From: Bacillota bacterium
GTDB taxonomy: Bacteria; Bacillota; Limnochordia; DTU087
DNA length: 64,000 nucleotides
Assembly: GCA_012798695.1 (NCBI GenBank)
Contig: JAAZMR010000025.1
Location: 7,659 to 71,658, forward strand
Reading direction: 5' to 3'
A program made the translations under genes and the position numbers. The stretch's first letter is position 1. Every line of letters starts with the position of its first letter. The notes beneath the pieces were generated by a model, which was not told the origin of the DNA, ran no database searches, and was given only the letters and a program-made list of their open reading frames with translations. Positions 62,175-64,000 of this stretch are shown piece after piece.

Positions 62175-63274
62175 AGTACTCCCTCCTCCGGAAATAACAC
62201 CAGATTGTCCCGATGAACGACCTCATCATAGTCCTTGTGCCCCAGGATCTGGACAATAGCATCAGAGCGGTGGCCCTTGATTTGGCCAACCTCAACAGAA
62301 GTGTAATTGCTTAGACCTCGCCCGATTTCCCGTTCCTCCTGATCCAGTACAGCAATCAGATCACCCGCAGCAAAAGAACCGGCCACCTCAGTAATTCCAA
62401 TAGGAAGCAAACTCTTCCCAGACTCCAATAAGGCTGTCTTGGCACCACCATCGATGTACACCCGTCCCTGGGGCTGATGATAGAAAGCCAGCCATTGTTT
62501 TCTGCTGTTCAGCCGATCAGCCTCGGGAAGAAATAGAGTCCCGACCGACTCTCCGTCTACAGCGGCGTGAATTACTCCCTCTTGACTTCCCTGAGCAATA
62601 ATCATGGGAATGCCTGATCTGGAGGCGATCTTGGCTGCCTGAAACTTGGTGACCATGCCGCCGGTTCCCCGAGTACTACCGGCCCCACCTGCGGCCTGAG
62701 CGACATCATCAATACTGGTCACGATGTCTAACAATCTGGCATCAGGGTTCATACGAGGATCGGATGTGTAGACACCATCGACATCAGATAAGACCAAGAG
62801 GAGATCTGCCCCCATCAAGGCCGCAACCAGCGCCGATAGGGTATCATTGTCTCCAAATCTGATCTCATCGACTGCAACAGTGTCATTTTCGTTTACGATG
62901 GGTACCACTCGGTAACGTAAAAGCTCTAGTAGGGTATGGCGGGAATTGAGGTAACGCTCCCGACTGTTGAGATCTTCTCTGGTCAATAAGACTTGGGCTA
63001 CGACCTGACCATACTCGGAAAAAAGTTTTTCATAGACCTGCATCAGAAGGCCCTGGCCCACTGCGGCCACTGCCTGTTGAGCCGGCAAAGTAGTGGGCCT
63101 TTTACTCAGGCCTAAGCGGCTGACTCCTGCACCAATGGCTCCAGAAGTAACTAGGACCACTTCCATCCCGCGGTTGTTCAGATCAGTGATTTCCCGCGCC
63201 AGCCGCTCCATACGTTCCAGGTTCAATCGATAGGTCGGATGAGTGATCGTACTGGTTCCGACTTTAACTACCAC
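62171..63274 (-). CDS. proB: Glutamate 5-kinase ProB (with C-terminal PUA domain)
   Basis: VVKVGTS...amino-acid kinase fold. C-terminal PUA. 367 aa. Confidence 0.9.
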   Translation of the reverse strand: MVVKVGTSTITHPTYRLNLERMERLAREITDLNNRGMEVVLVTSGAIGAGVSRLGLSKRPTTLPAQQAVAAVGQGLLMQVYEKLFSEYGQVVAQVLLTREDLNSRERYLNSRHTLLELLRYRVVPIVNENDTVAVDEIRFGDNDTLSALVAALMGADLLLVLSDVDGVYTSDPRMNPDARLLDIVTSIDDVAQAAGGAGSTRGTGGMVTKFQAAKIASRSGIPMIIAQGSQEGVIHAAVDGESVGTLFLPEADRLNSRKQWLAFYHQPQGRVYIDGGAKTALLESGKSLLPIGITEVAGSFAAGDLIAVLDQEEREIGRGLSNYTSVEVGQIKGHRSDAIVQILGHKDYDEVVHRDNLVLFPEEGVL

Positions 63275-63307
63275 ACGCTTAGTTTTTCGGAAGATACTCG
63301 CTTCGCA

Positions 63308-63607
63308 TCATAGATCAGCAATGCCCCCTTTGCCAGGCTTCTCTTGGGAACGCCGGTACAGCACTACGACTTTGCCGATTCTTTGTATAACTTCTGATTC
63401 TGTTAAATTCGCCAAGACCCCAGCTAATTCCTCGGGGTTTTCAGCTGCATTCTGCAAAAACCGGATCTTAATCAGCTCACGGGCCTCCAGAGCTGTATCG
63501 ATCTGTTCAATTAGATTATCGCTTATCCCACCCTTACCCACCTGAATAATCGCAGGCAGATCATTGGCAAGACCCCGCAATTGTGCTCTTTGCTTACTCG
63601 TCAGCAT
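63308..63607 (-). CDS. yhbY: RNA-binding protein YhbY (CRS1/YhbY domain, YqeI-like)
   Basis: 99 aa. LTSKQRAQLRGLANDL...IQVGKGG YhbY signature. Confidence 0.8.
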   Translation of the reverse strand: MLTSKQRAQLRGLANDLPAIIQVGKGGISDNLIEQIDTALEARELIKIRFLQNAAENPEELAGVLANLTESEVIQRIGKVVVLYRRSQEKPGKGGIADL

Positions 63608-63620
63608 CTAGATCCCGTCC

Positions 63621-64000
63621 TTAACTTAGGTATTCAAATTCCCATTCATCGAGCCTCACTGTATCTCCATCTTGAATTCCCGCCGCACGCAAAGCATCTA
63701 TTACCCCTATGTCCCTCAAGACCATGAGCAACCAACGCAAAGTCTGGGGATTCTCTACATCATGTCTAGCTATCAACCGTGAGAGTCCCTCTCCCTCTAC
63801 CACAAAGTCCTCATTTTCTTTCCGAACGGTAAATTCCGATAGGGGTTTCTCTGGCTTCGGAATCGTGATCATTTCTGGTTTTCCGTTTATCCCCAGTTCC
63901 ATTTCTGCCGGCTCTACCGGGATCCTCTGCAGTTCCTGCCATATCCTGTAGACCGCTTCCTTGACACCTTGCCCTGTAGCGGCTGATATGCCCAACACTT
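63621..64000 (-). CDS. obg: GTPase Obg, C-terminal part (gene continues beyond window end)
   Basis: G5 SAxxGxG (ISAATGQGV) followed by the Obg C-terminal OCT domain. No start codon in the window. Confidence 0.8.
   Translation of the reverse strand, partial: VLGISAATGQGVKEAVYRIWQELQRIPVEPAEMELGINGKPEMITIPKPEKPLSEFTVRKENEDFVVEGEGLSRLIARHDVENPQTLRWLLMVLRDIGVIDALRAAGIQDGDTVRLDEWEFEYLS

Overview
This 64 kb window looks like the chromosome of a spore-forming Firmicute (Clostridia-like, GC roughly 50-55% by eye). It has no CRISPR array, no transposase or integrase, and no obvious defence genes.

About 46 kb (18.9-64 kb) is a conserved housekeeping and sporulation block, almost all on the minus strand. 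Its gene order follows the Bacillus subtilis yqe/yqf region: obg(partial)-yhbY-proBA-nadD-yqeK-LCP-rsfS-yqeM | spoVAC-AD-AEb (+) | leuS with T-box leader-comEA-comEC-holA | rpsT (+) | gpr-spoIIP | murJ (+) | lepA-hemW-hrcA(CIRCE)-grpE-dnaK-dnaJ-prmA-rsmE-phosphoesterase-mtaB-HIT-rpsU-nfeD-floA-yqfB-like-yqfC-yqfD-phoH-pgpH-ybeY-dgkA::PAP2-M23/LysM peptidase.

The first ~19 kb is accessory:
- a THUMP RNA methyltransferase;
- a YesM/YesN-type two-component system divergent from a CUT1 sugar ABC importer (binding protein plus two permeases);
- a GntR/HutC regulator followed by a 540 bp leader and an Opp/Dpp-type ABC importer (oppBCDF-like). That importer ends in two ~88% identical family-5 binding-protein paralogs that flank a URO-D-family gene (MtaA/HemE fold).

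That last locus (7.6-19 kb) is the best candidate for something under-described. I found no wholly novel system. Several regulatory elements are directly visible: the CIRCE operator, the leuS T-box, consensus sigma-A promoters for rpsU and hrcA, a sigma-G-like promoter for spoVA, a repeated GTTGT-N4-ACAAC palindrome around gntR, and two near-identical stem hairpins around the duplicated binding-protein genes.

The ORF track uses GTG/TTG starts in places. Several starts were corrected (sugar binding protein, URO-D, hrcA, yqfC, mtaB, HIT, murJ, grpE).
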